A stretch of DNA of 64,000 nucleotides, taken from positions 225,727-289,726 of the forward strand of contig NW_008246096.1 in the NCBI RefSeq assembly GCF_000281045.1, in the 5' to 3' direction. The notes under the pieces were generated by a model, which saw only the letters and a list, made by a program, of their open reading frames with translations, did not search any database and was not told where the DNA came from. The DNA comes from Saprolegnia diclina VS20. Its lineage: Eukaryota. Both the position numbers and the translations under genes were made by a program. Position 1 is the stretch's first letter. The number at the start of each line of letters is the position of its first letter. This document shows, piece by piece, positions 1 to 11,653 of the stretch.

Positions 1-651
1 GAAGCCCGTGGGCGACCTCGAGGATTCCAGCGCGCCGCTCGGTCGAGATCTCTTGCGCTGCGTGGCTTCGTTCTGCAACGACTTCGTCGTATCTGAGAGT
101 TCTCTCCACTTCCACAGCACGCCACGGCTTGTTCCAGAGGCAACAAGCTACGTTGTTGCTGGAGTGGTCATGGCGGTGACCTCTCGATGTGGTAGAGACG
201 AACGGCAGTGGGAGGTAAAGCCGAAGAGGATGAAGGGCGCATGCTGAAGGCTCGAGCGATGAGGCCACGGCGATGGTGCTTGCAGCGCCTTGTAGCAGTC
301 ATACCAAGCTAGCCCGCTGTGAATGCTCATGAGCGGCAGAATGCCCCCGCACTCTCTACCAGCATGCTGCTCCTCGGGAGAGGAGCTATCACTGCGCTCG
401 ACCGGAGCTCCATTGTACAAGTAGGCTGCACTGCCTCCGATAGCATTTCATGGCACATGGGTCATGCGAGCATGGCGTCTCAGACGCGTAGTGCTGCGAC
501 TTGGAGCGGGCTGCGAGCTTGGTGACAAGCCAGCGACCTTGACAAGCCAGCGATCTTGCCGCCAAATGCGTATCCGGATGGCTTGAAATTCAACCCAGTT
601 TATCCGGATTTCCAGGAAGGTTCGAATTCCAAAACTCCTCTGCGGGCCGGG

Positions 652-2868
652 ATGGAGGACGACGATTGCTACGGGTTTGGGTCCTACGACGACGTCTTCT
701 CGGCGCCGCCGGGCGCGCAAGGGCAGGAAGCCGCCCCCGAAGAGATCACGTCGGCGCTCACGCCACGCTCGCGGAAGCTCGTGGACGTGACGTCGCCCGT
801 CTCGGCGGCTGCCATTGGCACGTACTTGATGGACGCCGGGTATTTTGTCGCGAGCAGCGCCATTGCGACACCGCGCTTCCACGGACACCACATTGGCCTC
901 AAGATCAAGCGCAATGGGAAGCTCGTCGCGTTTAGCTTCCCGGACGCGGGCGACATGGTCGCTGCGAGCGTGGTCGAAGCGGGCGCTGCCGTCTCTGTTC
1001 TGGGCGAGCTCTTCCTCGATGACACGACCTTGTTGTGGAAGCCAGCGCACTACGCCGACGCCAAGGCGTCCGCCTCGGGCCACATGTACGGCTCCGACCG
1101 CTACAGCCTTCAGCTACCGCGCGGCCACGTGCGCGGTGCCCAGAGCGCACGCGTGCAGAACGTCATGTCGGCGCTTGTCGTGACCATCGAGACGTTCGAC
1201 ATTGCGTTCGAGTTTACCTTTATGCCGGGTCCATACTCCAAGCCGTCCAAGTGCAACGAGCTTCTCGACCTCCTCACCCCAACCGCCTCCTCGCCCCAAG
1301 CAGCGCCGCTCGCAACACCGTCAAAGAAAGCATCGCCGCTTCTCTCGCAGACGCCGCCCATGCGCACGCCCCAGCGCCGCTTGTCCAGCGCAAGGTCGCC
1401 AGTGCCCATGTGGAGCAGTCCCCATCACCTCTCGCGCGATGCCGTCGACGAACGTAATGCGCTGGTCCGGGCATACCTCGCACTGCCCCGCGGCTCTGCC
1501 GAGGCCCTTGACGCGGCCGCTACGGTGCGCACGCTCCACTCGTAACCTTGTCATCGTCATCCGATGGTATCGCTAGATTCAGGACAAGTACGGATACCCG
1601 ATCGGTCCCGTCGCCGGCGCGTCCTTCCTTGATGACAAGGACTACCGGTACGCCAACGCAGCATCACGCCTTCTGCTCACCATCATTCAACGCAGGCGGG
1701 ACACGGTCGCGCGACTCGCCGAGACGGTCGAGCGCATGAAGCGCGTATGGAAGGCCGAGGAGGTGCTACTCGAGCAGCAAACGCACGTGCGGAGTTCGCG
1801 GTCGGGTGACCACGACATTACCTATTTGGATACCAACACGAGCCACTTTATCACGCCAAAAGAGTACGAAGTGCGCTACAAGCAGCAGATCCAGGCGTCA
1901 ACGCCAGTCGTGCTCACGTCGTCGTCCTTGGCCGTCCATCCTCCAACGCTACTGGATGCAAGCGCGAGTTGCATCGTGGACGCCCAGTTCTTTGAGCGCG
2001 AAACGCCACTGCTCACGCTGCCCGAGACTGTCCCCAGTGCGCTCATGGACGAAGCGACCAGCAAACTGCGCGGATACGAAGCGCGGATCGATTGCGCGAC
2101 CAACGAGCTGTACCAAGCGATTGCCAAGCTCACGCACCAGCACTACACCACCGTCCGGTCCATCGAGGTACGTCTGATTCTAGCACGTCGCCGATCCTAT
2201 ATAGGCCATGATGTAGGACGAGTATGCGCAGTACATTAGTAGCCTCGGCGTCCAACTGCCCGTGCGGCTTGGTACGGCGCTCGCGACAAGAAGGGAGCTT
2301 AGCTTGTCGTAGATGCGTCGCGGCCACCCAACAAGAGGCGTCGACGCAGCATCCTGACGTCGCCGTCACAGGGCGAATCGATCAGCGACCCGCAAGCGAC
2401 CAGCGACCTCGAGGCGGCGCAAGACGGTAGGCTCCCATCAACAAAACAAGAACGCATGCGATGCCGATAGAAGAGAGTGCAAAGCGGCAACGGCGGCTCA
2501 GCACCGACCTCCCGACCATGGCCGAGCTCGACGACGCGGCCGAGTCGTCCAACGTCGTCGCGGCCCCGTCCCCACTGTGCTTGGAGGGTAGTCCTATCTG
2601 CCGACACTGGCGCAAATCCCGAATGCACGCGTGTAGAGGACGCCGATTTGAACCTGTGCAATCTCTGCTTTGACGAGCGCGTGGCCATCGGTAAGATGTC
2701 TGCGACAGCCGTCGTACTCATGTCTCTGCAGTGCTCAAGCCGTGCGGACACGAAATGTGCAACCAGTGCTGGGGCAAGCTCCAAGCGTCGCACGTGCACG
2801 AGTCTGGCGCGATCCAGTGCCCGTGGGACCGGGAGACGGTCGAGCCGCAAGTCGTCGTCGCGCCTTGA
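652..2868 (+). CDS. Multi-exon protein with C-terminal RING finger (probable E3 ligase)
   Basis: ATG at 652. ORFs 556-1545, 1736-2239 and 2461-2673 join through short GT-AG introns (e.g. 1525-1576 AAAT|IQDKY; ~2428-2470 AAQD|EESAK). The last exons give CNLC-FDERVAI-VLKPCGHEMCNQC...CPWDR, then TGA at 2866-2868. Confidence 0.7.
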
Positions 2869-2956
2869 GATCTTATTGCAGTCGGATCTGAAACTGCTAA
2901 TGTCAACACCGTAAACACTGGCGTGTAACCGAGACGTATCTTTTGTCGAAGAAACC

Positions 2957-4064
2957 ATGGCAGCGGCGCAAGACGTCCGACTGGTGGACTGGGGGCACTT
3001 GGCGAAGGAGCGCCGACAGTACCCGCCTTTGCCTGTGCCAAGAAAGCGTCTCGAGACCGACATCGCGCCCTTAATTGCGCCCCCCCACGACCCCCCCACC
3101 CCGATCGAAACGAAAATTGAGGATCCCGAGTGCACCTTTCAACCGCAGCGCATTGCCAAGATGGATGCGTGGGTGACGTCCAAGTACCTAAACCCACGGG
3201 TGCCCCCCCGGTGGCCAAAACGTTTGTGCCCTTCGACGCTCAAGCCTGTCGTAGGCCCCGCGCCGAGCCCGTCTTGTCGTTCACACCCGCCATCAACCGG
3301 AACGTGCCCATTCATGCGAGCGAGCCCAACGTCTACAACCGGCTGTATGCCGATCGTGTCCCTCGCCCAGCAAACGTCATCGCAGAGTTTGCTATGGTAG
3401 CATTGGCTTATGATCGGCGGTGTAGGACACGTCCCCGGTCGTCCATTCGTCCAAGCTCTCGAAAGCTGCGATTGATGCGTGCATCGCGCGCCAGCACGAA
3501 TACCTCGTCGAGACTCAAGTACGAACTCGCTTTAGAGGTGGTCCAAGATGGCGTCGTAGCGCCGCCAGCGCGCGCTGCAAGACGCGACCGTGTACCCGTT
3601 CCGGCCCCACATCAACCCGCGTTCGCAGCGGCTGGCCGCGCGATCGAGGTACTTTTACACATGCAATTTCGCCATATCGCGAGAGACGGTGAGGTAGCTC
3701 CATGAGCGAGACGCTAAATCATGCTCAGCGCCGGCGCGAGTCCAAGCTCCGTATGCTCTTGGCGCCACAGGAGCCGCGCTCGACCGTCACCGTCGTTAAT
3801 GCCGTCGCCCAAGCCAAAGCGACGGTGCGCCTCAGTCGGCCCAAGGACGCGTATTACGTGCCCGATTTTGAGACCGACACGAGCGTCTCTGGCAGCAGCA
3901 CCTCGGCCCACGCCGCCGCGTTACTCTACGAGAAGCTCCAGGAGCAGCACGCGGTACAACGCCCTTGGAGCACTCTGGCTATGTTGGCCATGTAGGTCCA
4001 GCGCCACGTCAGTTTACGGCAGCACGTCGACGCGATTCTCGACGACTATGCCAGGGCATCGTAG
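2957..4064 (+). CDS. Hypothetical protein with repeated F-x-P-x-I motifs; probable 1-nt frameshift at C7 run 3203-3209
   Basis: ATG at 2957. Motifs ECTFQPQ, LSFTPAIN and YPFRPHIN occur in successive exons. The final exon VQRHVSLRQHVDAILDDYARAS* ends at TAG 4062-4064. Confidence 0.55.
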
Positions 4065-4238
4065 NNNNNNNNNNNNNNNNNNNNNNNNNNNNNNNNNNNN
4101 NNNNNNNNNNNNNNNNNNNNNNNNNNNNNNNNNNNNNNNNNNNNNNNNNNNNNNNNNNNNNNNNNNNNNNNNNNNNNNNNNNNNNNNNNNNNNNNNNNNN
4201 NNNNNNNNNNNNNNNNNNNNNNNNNNNNNNNNNNNNNN
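4065..4238. other. Assembly gap (174 N), overlapping the left LTR
   Basis: Run of N. Confidence 0.99.
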
Positions 4239-4333
4239 ACAAACACATCGCCTTGTCTCGACCTAGTGGGTCGCGAGCCGTGTGGATATGAATATCCAGT
4301 GCTCAACCACTGTATGAGGCATCTACTGCCACA
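4239..4333 (-). repeat. 3' LTR (visible part)
   Basis: Matches 7209-7303; preceded on the minus strand by the PPT. Confidence 0.9.
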
Positions 4334-4527
4334 CACCCCTCTCCCAAAGGATTTATAGGACAGCTTAGCCCAAATCCCAAGGAATCAAAGACCGCAAAAA
4401 CAGACCCCGGAGAATCGCCGTCAGAATCTGCTCTTGATCTGGTCCAAGATCTTCAAGAGTCACCATCGCACGGCCCGGAGGATCGCCGGGATCACGTACT
4501 AGGTAGCTTCTCTTGGTAGTCCGCACG

Positions 4528-6978
4528 TCACGACCGTCGTCGTGTCGACGCTGCAGACCGTTCTTCTAGTTGCTTGAGCTCATCAGCCAGACCATCCCGC
4601 GCTCGGGGGTCTGCGACTTGCTCCGCAAACTGTCGAGCAACCGCAGGGGCATCCGTCGCGATCGACGTAAACAGCTCCCACGATGCTTCGATGTCTTCCA
4701 GGCCTTCCCATAGGCAGAGGATCTCCCACCGCCGGGCACTCTGGTTGAGCCGTACTGCCTTGATCTCACGGATCTTCAAAAGCACGCCCTGCTCGAACAC
4801 GTGCTCGCGGATCTCTTGCGTGAGCTCAAAGCTGCCTTCGGCGTACGGCTTGAGGCGACTCGTATGTGCATGGCGCTCTTGACCCGAGAGGATATGACGG
4901 ATGACGCACGAGTACGTCGACACTTCCGTGATCTGGAACGGGCCGAGCCATGTGACGAGCAGCTTCGGATACTCCATCTTCTCCACGCGCGACCAGAGTA
5001 CGTAGTCACCAACGTGGGCGACAAACTCTTCTCGGTGCGTCTTCGCCGCGGTCTCCCGCGCTAGGCATTGTTGACGCAGGTCGTCGATCTTCTTGTGGAC
5101 GTCAATCAAACTTGCATGAGCAGCAGCCATCGTGCTGACGACGTCTGGCTTTGTCCAGTCTGCCTGACGGACGAGCTCACCATCAAAGTCGCGGACCACA
5201 ATGTCCAAGTTGGTAGCTGGCACATGCCCCGTGAAAGCTTGCGTTGGGCACACACCACCAAGCGACTCGACTGGCGTCTGGTTGAGGTTGGCTTGAACCA
5301 GCGGTAGGAGATACTCCCACTGCTCAAGGTTCAGATGGTACTCGCGCAGCATGACCCGCAAAACTTGGAGAATATCGCGGTTCAAGCGCTCGACGGTACC
5401 GTTGCGCCATGGCGTGTAGGTCAAAATGAAGTGGTGATCGACCTTGTAGACTTGGGCCAGCATTGCAACCACTTGGTTCTTGAAGTGACTGCCTTGGTCC
5501 GATACCCACACGAGGGGCATGTCAAACCGCGCAGCCCACTGCATCAAAGCGTCCACGACCGAGGCCGCGTCCGCCATGTCACACGCCACGAGCTCGCAGT
5601 AGTGCGTCAAGTCGTCTTTGATCACAAGCACGTCGTTCGACACCAAAAACTCGTCACCTTGATCGACAACGTAGCACACCTGCAAACCAGGCACGTTGAC
5701 GGGACCGGCAGCCGTGTGGAGCTGGAGATGCAATTGAACCTTCTTGTCCAGCTGCAACGCCGTCTTGCCCACAGCCACCCCAAGCTGAGGTTGGTCCAAA
5801 TTGATGACTTCAAGGTTGGGCATCTTCTGCTTGAGCTGCTCGACCATCTTGGCGGGAATGATGTTCAGACCGCAACCACTGTCCGGCACGCAAGGCACGT
5901 CAAGAACGCTGTTGAGCGTCAAAACCATGTGGCCTTCGTTGCCCGAAAGGAGCTGGTCGAGACCAGAGGCTCGGAGGCGACTCAACTTGGTCTTCTTCTT
6001 GTCACCGCCCCCGTTGCCTTCGTTGCCGCCTTGTTTGCTGCCGTCGCCGCCTCCGCCACGACGACCGCCCTTCCAGTTCTTCTTGACAGCAATCGCCTTC
6101 TGCTTGGCGTTCGAACTCGGGCAGTCCCGCAATTTGTGCTTCTTGCTGCCGCAGTGCCAGCACGGACGTTCCAGGCCATCGTTCTTGCGTTCTTGTTGCA
6201 CTGGCGGCTTGTTGTCCTTCTGCTTGAACTTGCGCTTCTTCTTCCCGCGCGCACCTTGCTGCTCCTCGTGCGACGGTTTCTCGTCTTCGTCGGACGACTC
6301 CTTGTCACGAAGACGCTTCGTCTTGGGGCTCCACGACTTGTAGAGAAGCGCTCGCTTCAAGATGATCTTCCCGAGGTGCTTGAGGCCAGCCTGTTTGTTG
6401 GCCGCCATCTTCTCATCCATCAGCTGCTTCACGTCCGTCTGTAGCTCTTGGGGACGGAGCCGATCGACAAGTGCCTTGAAGATCTTGGCCTTGAGGCATG
6501 GCCTCAGCTTCTCGCTGAGGCCATGCTCTTCAATCATTTGAGAGGCCTTGAAAACAAAGCTGTTGACCCGCTCTTCGATGTCTTCTTCGTTGTGGTCGAG
6601 GGCGAGCGAGCTGAAAACCTTGTCGTACGTGAGCACCGTCTTGTTGGTCTCCTTGTCGATGATCCCGTTGATCGCGCCCCAAAGCTCGTTTTCAGGCACG
6701 TTCAGCAAGTTGTAGTCGTCCCAGAGGCCCCACTTGTTCTTCATGAGGAACTCGAGATACCCCACGGGAGCGAACGAGTCGCGGATCGGAACACACGTCG
6801 ATGTGTAGCTCCGGTTCGTTCGCTGGCATTCGCGCCGCATCGAGGTCTCGTATTCGAGACGCGCCCGCTTCCACACGACCACGTCGCGGCGGGCGATGCT
6901 CTTGAACTCGGGATGCACCAGCTGCGATAGCACAACGACGCCGCTCATCGCCATCGCCGCTTGTCCTGAGGTCGTCAT
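4528..6978 (-). CDS. Retroelement polyprotein: Gag (CCHC knuckle) - aspartic protease - truncated integrase - chromodomain
   Basis: CWHCGSKKHKLRDC knuckle; PDSG protease motif; VSDQGSHF and NGTVERLNR integrase core; WEILCLWEGLEDIEASWE chromodomain-like. No YxDD RT motif. Confidence 0.9.
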   Translation of the reverse strand: MTTSGQAAMAMSGVVVLSQLVHPEFKSIARRDVVVWKRARLEYETSMRRECQRTNRSYTSTCVPIRDSFAPVGYLEFLMKNKWGLWDDYNLLNVPENELWGAINGIIDKETNKTVLTYDKVFSSLALDHNEEDIEERVNSFVFKASQMIEEHGLSEKLRPCLKAKIFKALVDRLRPQELQTDVKQLMDEKMAANKQAGLKHLGKIILKRALLYKSWSPKTKRLRDKESSDEDEKPSHEEQQGARGKKKRKFKQKDNKPPVQQERKNDGLERPCWHCGSKKHKLRDCPSSNAKQKAIAVKKNWKGGRRGGGGDGSKQGGNEGNGGGDKKKTKLSRLRASGLDQLLSGNEGHMVLTLNSVLDVPCVPDSGCGLNIIPAKMVEQLKQKMPNLEVINLDQPQLGVAVGKTALQLDKKVQLHLQLHTAAGPVNVPGLQVCYVVDQGDEFLVSNDVLVIKDDLTHYCELVACDMADAASVVDALMQWAARFDMPLVWVSDQGSHFKNQVVAMLAQVYKVDHHFILTYTPWRNGTVERLNRDILQVLRVMLREYHLNLEQWEYLLPLVQANLNQTPVESLGGVCPTQAFTGHVPATNLDIVVRDFDGELVRQADWTKPDVVSTMAAAHASLIDVHKKIDDLRQQCLARETAAKTHREEFVAHVGDYVLWSRVEKMEYPKLLVTWLGPFQITEVSTYSCVIRHILSGQERHAHTSRLKPYAEGSFELTQEIREHVFEQGVLLKIREIKAVRLNQSARRWEILCLWEGLEDIEASWELFTSIATDAPAVARQFAEQVADPRARDGLADELKQLEERSAASTRRRS

Positions 6979-7089
6979 GTCTTCTTCTTGAGCGAAACTT
7001 GATCGCTGCTTGGTCGCTAAAGTCGACTTTGTGACCGTTTCCGCCTTCAAACGCCAGACAAAGGGAGGCCGTACTCCCAAACACCGGCG

Positions 7090-7303
7090 TGTGTACTAAG
7101 AGGCAAAATGGAAACTAAAACTAGCTGACTGCTGGAGCCCTGGCCACAGGCTCCTGTACAGTCCCATCCCAACGGTCTTCCCGTAGGACGATCTACTGAT
7201 AGATTGATACAAACACATCGCCTTGTCTCGACCTAGTGGTTCGCGAGCTGTGTGGATATGAATATCCAGTGCTCAACCACTGTATGAGGCATCTACTGCC
7301 ACA
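7090..7303 (-). repeat. 5' LTR (~214 nt)
   Basis: TG...CA termini. The right 95 nt are repeated at 4239-4333. The left boundary is inferred only from the TGTG/CACA inverted ends. Confidence 0.75.
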
Positions 7304-7335
7304 GACGGAAGCAAGGGCCTTGATGCTCGCTGTCG

Positions 7336-8157
7336 TCAGGTGCACACCTTGTCTTCACTGGCGCACAGGAGACGCTCCACGCGCAGTGCCAGCGGTCGTG
7401 GCAGAGACCTTTGCGCGTGGAGGGAATACACGTGCGCCGTACTACGTAAATCCACCGCGTCATGACACGAGTCATCGATGCACCAACGTACTTGAGACTG
7501 GCGGCTTTGGCAGCGACCGCGGGGACCTGCAGCGCACCATTCAAGAGGCGGAGGGCGGCTGGCATCCACGACGCGACGACGGCCTCGGAGACGCGGGTCG
7601 TGCGCTCGTCGTGCACTTTGGCCAGCAGCAGGCGCGTGTGACGCAGTGTTGCGACGCGCGCTGTTGCTGCCGGTGCAATGGCGACGAGCTGGTCGAGTAC
7701 GTCGAGCAGGATTGCGCAAAGCATGGACGTCGCCATGGGCAAGAGGCCAAAGCACAGCTCGACACCGCCACGAGTTACAACGTCGAGCGCACTCGATGCC
7801 TCGCAGCTGAGGTGGTAGAGTGTTTGCAGCCCCACCACCATGGCAGCGACATCCCCCTACGTGACAATGTCGGCCAAGCATTTGATGTGCAAGCACCTGC
7901 GTGAGAAGCTCGAACAGCCGCGACACGATTGTCGGGTCGGCTTTAACCAGTACCTTTGCAAAAGCGCGATGGTCGCTAGTCAGGATAAGCGTTCCAGTCA
8001 CGTATACGTCAACGGCTACGCGATGGTTGGGCACTGCAGAAAGAGCTGGTTGATGCGATGCACGAGCGTCAAGACCGCGGTGGTGTCGGGTGGCCGAGCC
8101 AACTGAAGCTAGTGGCGTGTTAGCGTTCGAGAGGATGACGTCGTCACTCGCGTACAT
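7336..8157 (-). CDS. Hypothetical helical/ARM-like protein (spliced)
   Basis: Overlapping Leu/Ala-rich minus-strand ORFs (7293-7841, 7336-8157) with short intron-like interruptions. The start is uncertain. Confidence 0.45.
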   Translation of the reverse strand: MYASDDVILSNANTPLASVGSATRHHRGLDARASHQPALSAVPNHRVAVDVYVTGTLILTSDHRAFAKVLVKADPTIVSRLFELLTQVLAHQMLGRHCHVGGCRCHGGGAANTLPPQLRGIECARRCNSWRCRAVLWPLAHGDVHALRNPARRTRPARRHCTGSNSARRNTASHAPAAGQSARRAHDPRLRGRRRVVDASRPPPLEWCAAGPRGRCQSRQSQVRWCIDDSCHDAVDLRSTAHVYSLHAQRSLPRPLALRVERLLCASEDKVCT

Positions 8158-8969
8158 CTCTCACGTGCGTCTCAAGCGCAGCGATGCGCTACGCAGACGT
8201 GAAGTGCCGCGGTCCGAGCACGGCGAGCCTCACCGATTCGAGTGTCATTAGGTTTCACGGGCCGTTTCTTGTTTCGACAGAGTGTCCAAGTTGAGGTCCA
8301 TCACATCCGTGTCTCTATCTCTGTCGTACTAGTAGAGAGTACGAGCGACGGTACCTTGACGCTCTTCGTCGCAATGACCGACTGCAAGAGCTACATTTCC
8401 CGCTCGTCCGTCGTGTGCACACATCGCCCGATTCAGTTCTTCTCGCGTTGGTACTAGGCTCTTTACGGGCAGTGCAGACATGACCCGTTCTAGCTACAAG
8501 GAGCCAGGTGACCATTGGCAGTCAAATGAACACGGACTCTCCTTCCGCATGCTGCGCCACGAAGGTACCAAATCCTGGCGTCTGATTGATGGGCTCTCTT
8601 CCAATCAACGTCTATGATGCAGATCGTACTGGACCCTGATTGGGTAGGCTTCCATCGTTCTAACCTCCTTCGTATCAGAATAGGGAACACCCGCCGGGCA
8701 TCGAACGCAAGAGTGTCAGATGCACGAGAGCCAAGGCCATTGACGGGTCCTTAACCAAAAACCGCCTTCTTCACATGTCAACACTATATGGCTACATGGG
8801 CTGCCAACGCGAAGCGACGTATCGAGACTACGTACCATGGAACTCATGTTGAGCTGCTTCACGTCAGCAGCGAGCGTCAGTGGCAATTTCCGGTAATGTC
8901 GATGAACATGAACTTTGATGCATTCAATTGACAAGCTAACGTTCAACTCGACATGTGCAAGTGCTGCGG

Positions 8970-10027
8970 TTAGACTTTGCCGCTAAAGGTCTGCAGACTA
9001 AACTGGAGAAATTGCTGCCCGGCCACGGTCGCGTGGCGCTTGAAGCGATGCGAGAGCTGATCGTCGGTCGCGTCGGTCGGAAGGTCCACGAGGCCCCAGC
9101 ACGCCGCCTCTTCGTGGATCGACACGTACCCGTCTTTATTGAAAAACTGCGAATTGACGTACAGAACGCGGACTTTGGTGTGCGTCTCGTCCACCACCTC
9201 CATCGTGACCCTACTTGTATGTTAGATCTAGATCTGATATATATCATTGTACCAGAACTGGCGATTGCACTGGCGCTTGATCGCGGGAAGCGTCTCGTCG
9301 TCGTGGATGTTTTGGCTCACCATGACGCAGCGGTTGTCACGGACGGGAAACTCGCGCCACATCAAATTCACCGATTCATCGGCGCTCACCACCGTGTGGC
9401 TGTACAGCATCGTCGGACTCACTTCTTGGAGCATCTAGTAGTCTACTAAGCGCCTCGTATCGGTCGACGAAAACGTACGTCCGAGTCGATAAACATGCCG
9501 CTGCCCGGCGACCAGACGACGCCCGAGAGGTAATAGTAAATCGACTTGCGGGCGCTCGCAATCGCAACGTCCAGCGACACGGGTACGACCAGTTGGTGCC
9601 GCCACATGTACTGGAACGTATCGTCTGCGGTTTCGCGCACGACAAACTCGTCAAACGAGGTTTGCTCGGCGGGCGGTGGAAAGCCGCAGTCGGCCAAAAC
9701 ACGGTCTACGTTGTGGTAGAGCTGCTGCGAGATCCACTCAAACCCGAGCTTGCGCGCTTCGGGCTCCTTCAAGAGTGTCGAGTTGCGCCACGACGGCCGT
9801 GACGGGTCGAGCGATTTCTACGCAGATAAAAACGTCAGTGCACGTCAACGGCGACGCGCTTGGAGCTGCGCGTGCTGCTCAATCGCTGCCTCGAGGTCGC
9901 GGACCCGCGTTTTCAAAAACTGGACCTCGTCGGCCTCTTGCTGGCGGTACATGCGCTGCTTCTCGCGGTGGTACAGACGCTTCTCGAGCTTGGCCGCCTC
10001 GCGGGCCGCCGGCGCTGGTCGCTGCAT
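8970..10027 (-). CDS. bZIP-like basic/coiled-coil N-terminus plus START-like C-terminal domain; paralogue of 16815-18097
   Basis: KRLYHREKQRMYRQQEADEVQFLKTRVRDLE. The motifs SWRNSTL..RKLGFEWISQQLYHN, SQNIHDDE and EEAACWG align with the second paralogue. Confidence 0.75.
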
Positions 10028-10819
10028 CCCGAATCCGGAATTCGATTTCGTCAACGTGTCCGAGGCTATCCGGACGGAATGACCAGGGTGTTTCAAACCA
10101 TTTCGAACCGAACACGTTTAAAACACATTCGCCAACAAAAGTTGCTGACCAAGATCGTGCAGCAGTCGTCGAGTAGCCAAGCACACTTGTTCTCGTGTGG
10201 AAAACCAGGTGCACCGACACGCAAGCCTGTCGCGTCGAGATGAATCCGACTCGGTACGTGTATACAAAAGCACCTAGGGCAAGAAACGCTACCTCAGTTT
10301 TAACTAGTACTGGTACGGTCTAGTGGATTACATCAAGGGCGTCGTCGCCGGTTTGATTGCGACCACCGTCATTGTTTGGGGCTTCCCCAGCCTTCAGAAA
10401 GCCTCGCCGTCATCACAAGACGAATCTTCGACCAAACGTTTGTTCACGCGTATCGTCAGCACAGAGCTCCCACGAAGTCGACCTCGGTTCCTCGAAGGTC
10501 TCTTGTGCGATGCTAACTGTCGCAATTCACTTCGCTGTCGACTTGGGGCCTGCATTCAGTACGGGTGCGTGCAGATACACGGTTGGGATGCGAGGTTGTT
10601 GCGAGGACGTTCCCGTTGAGCTGTTTTAAACAGACTTACCACGCGTTTTATACTGCCTGGGTGTATCCGGTGGACCATGCGATCAATATTTAAATTCACG
10701 GTCGCGTATTCCACATACAAATATCAAGGTATTCGAGATACCAATGGCATTAAAAGTGGTGTTGATTGGGATGTACTAAAGGCCATCTCAGACAGGCGAC
10801 CATTCCTCAACACGCCGCC

Positions 10820-11653
10820 ATGGCCTCGACGTCAACTCTGAGCTGGATCAACCGCTTCAACGACGGCGTCGACCTCGACGTTGTCACCTTCTTCCACAAG
10901 AACTGCGGTGACTCGTTCGTTGCCAAGGCCATGTGGGAGGTCATCACGTTTACGGGCGATGGCATCTTGTACGACGACGCGGTCGCCTTGCGAGTCGACT
11001 CATCTTGCAGCGTAGCTTCTTCGCCGTGCTGCCGCCGCTGGCTGGCCTCGCATGGGCGACGGGCGCCATGCCTGTGCTTTCGCCCGACCAGATCTACCTC
11101 GCGACGTACCTCACGGTGACGGTCGTGGTACGTCCTGACAATAAGATCTTGGTGTGCGGTGCTGAGTGTCCGCCTGTAGCTCGACTTTGCGCTCAACTTG
11201 GCCATGAAAGCGGCGTTTCGGCGCCATCGCCCGCTGTACCACAAACACGACATGCGCTTTCCGGGCCCGGACAAGTACTCGTTCCCGTCAGGCCATGCCA
11301 CGCGCGTCGGCTGCCTCTTTGCGTGGATCGTCGAGCTTGTCACGTGTACGTCACGTCGTTTTCGTAGTGCAGTCTGCCTGACATCTCCTTGGTCTCTAGA
11401 CGAGCAGCGTCTGCTGGCCGTCGCGCTGCGCTCCGTGCCGCTCTTGGACGAAGTTGACGTTGTGACCCAGTCCCAAGAGATCCTACTCACGGGCGTGTTT
11501 TGGGTCGTCATGAACTGCATCGGGCGGCTCGCACTGGGACGCCACTTTGCATCGGATGTAGTCTGCGGCGCGCTTCTTGGGTACCTCGTCTTCTTCCCGG
11601 CCGCCCAGAGCGTCATGCTAGCCATCGTGCACCCCGCTTTGCTGCAGCTCTAA
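10820..11653 (+). CDS. PAP2-family lipid phosphate phosphatase (PLPP6/7-like)
   Basis: Catalytic motifs KAAFRRHRP, SFPSGHATR and GRLALGRHFASDV, with TM segments and short introns. Confidence 0.9.

Larger units (their letters stand above)
4239..7303 (-). mobile_element. Ty3/Gypsy chromodomain-bearing LTR retrotransposon, internally deleted (no RT/RNase H); true left end predicted ~4120 inside the gap
   Basis: Direct repeat 4239-4333 / 7209-7303 (95 nt, 2 mismatches). The full right LTR is ~7090-7303 with TGTG...CACA ends. A polypurine tract GGGAGAGGGG (minus strand, 4336-4345) lies 2 nt from the 3' LTR. Contains a gag-PR-IN-chromodomain ORF. Confidence 0.93.

Noticed and set aside
1..525. Short ORFs on both strands at the window start
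   Set aside because: No recognisable motif or consistent exon chain. It could be the 5' part of a minus-strand gene but cannot be supported.
10240..10629. Possible small membrane-protein gene (DYIKGVVAGLIATTVIVWGF)
   Set aside because: One hydrophobic segment only; a start codon and exon structure could not be established.
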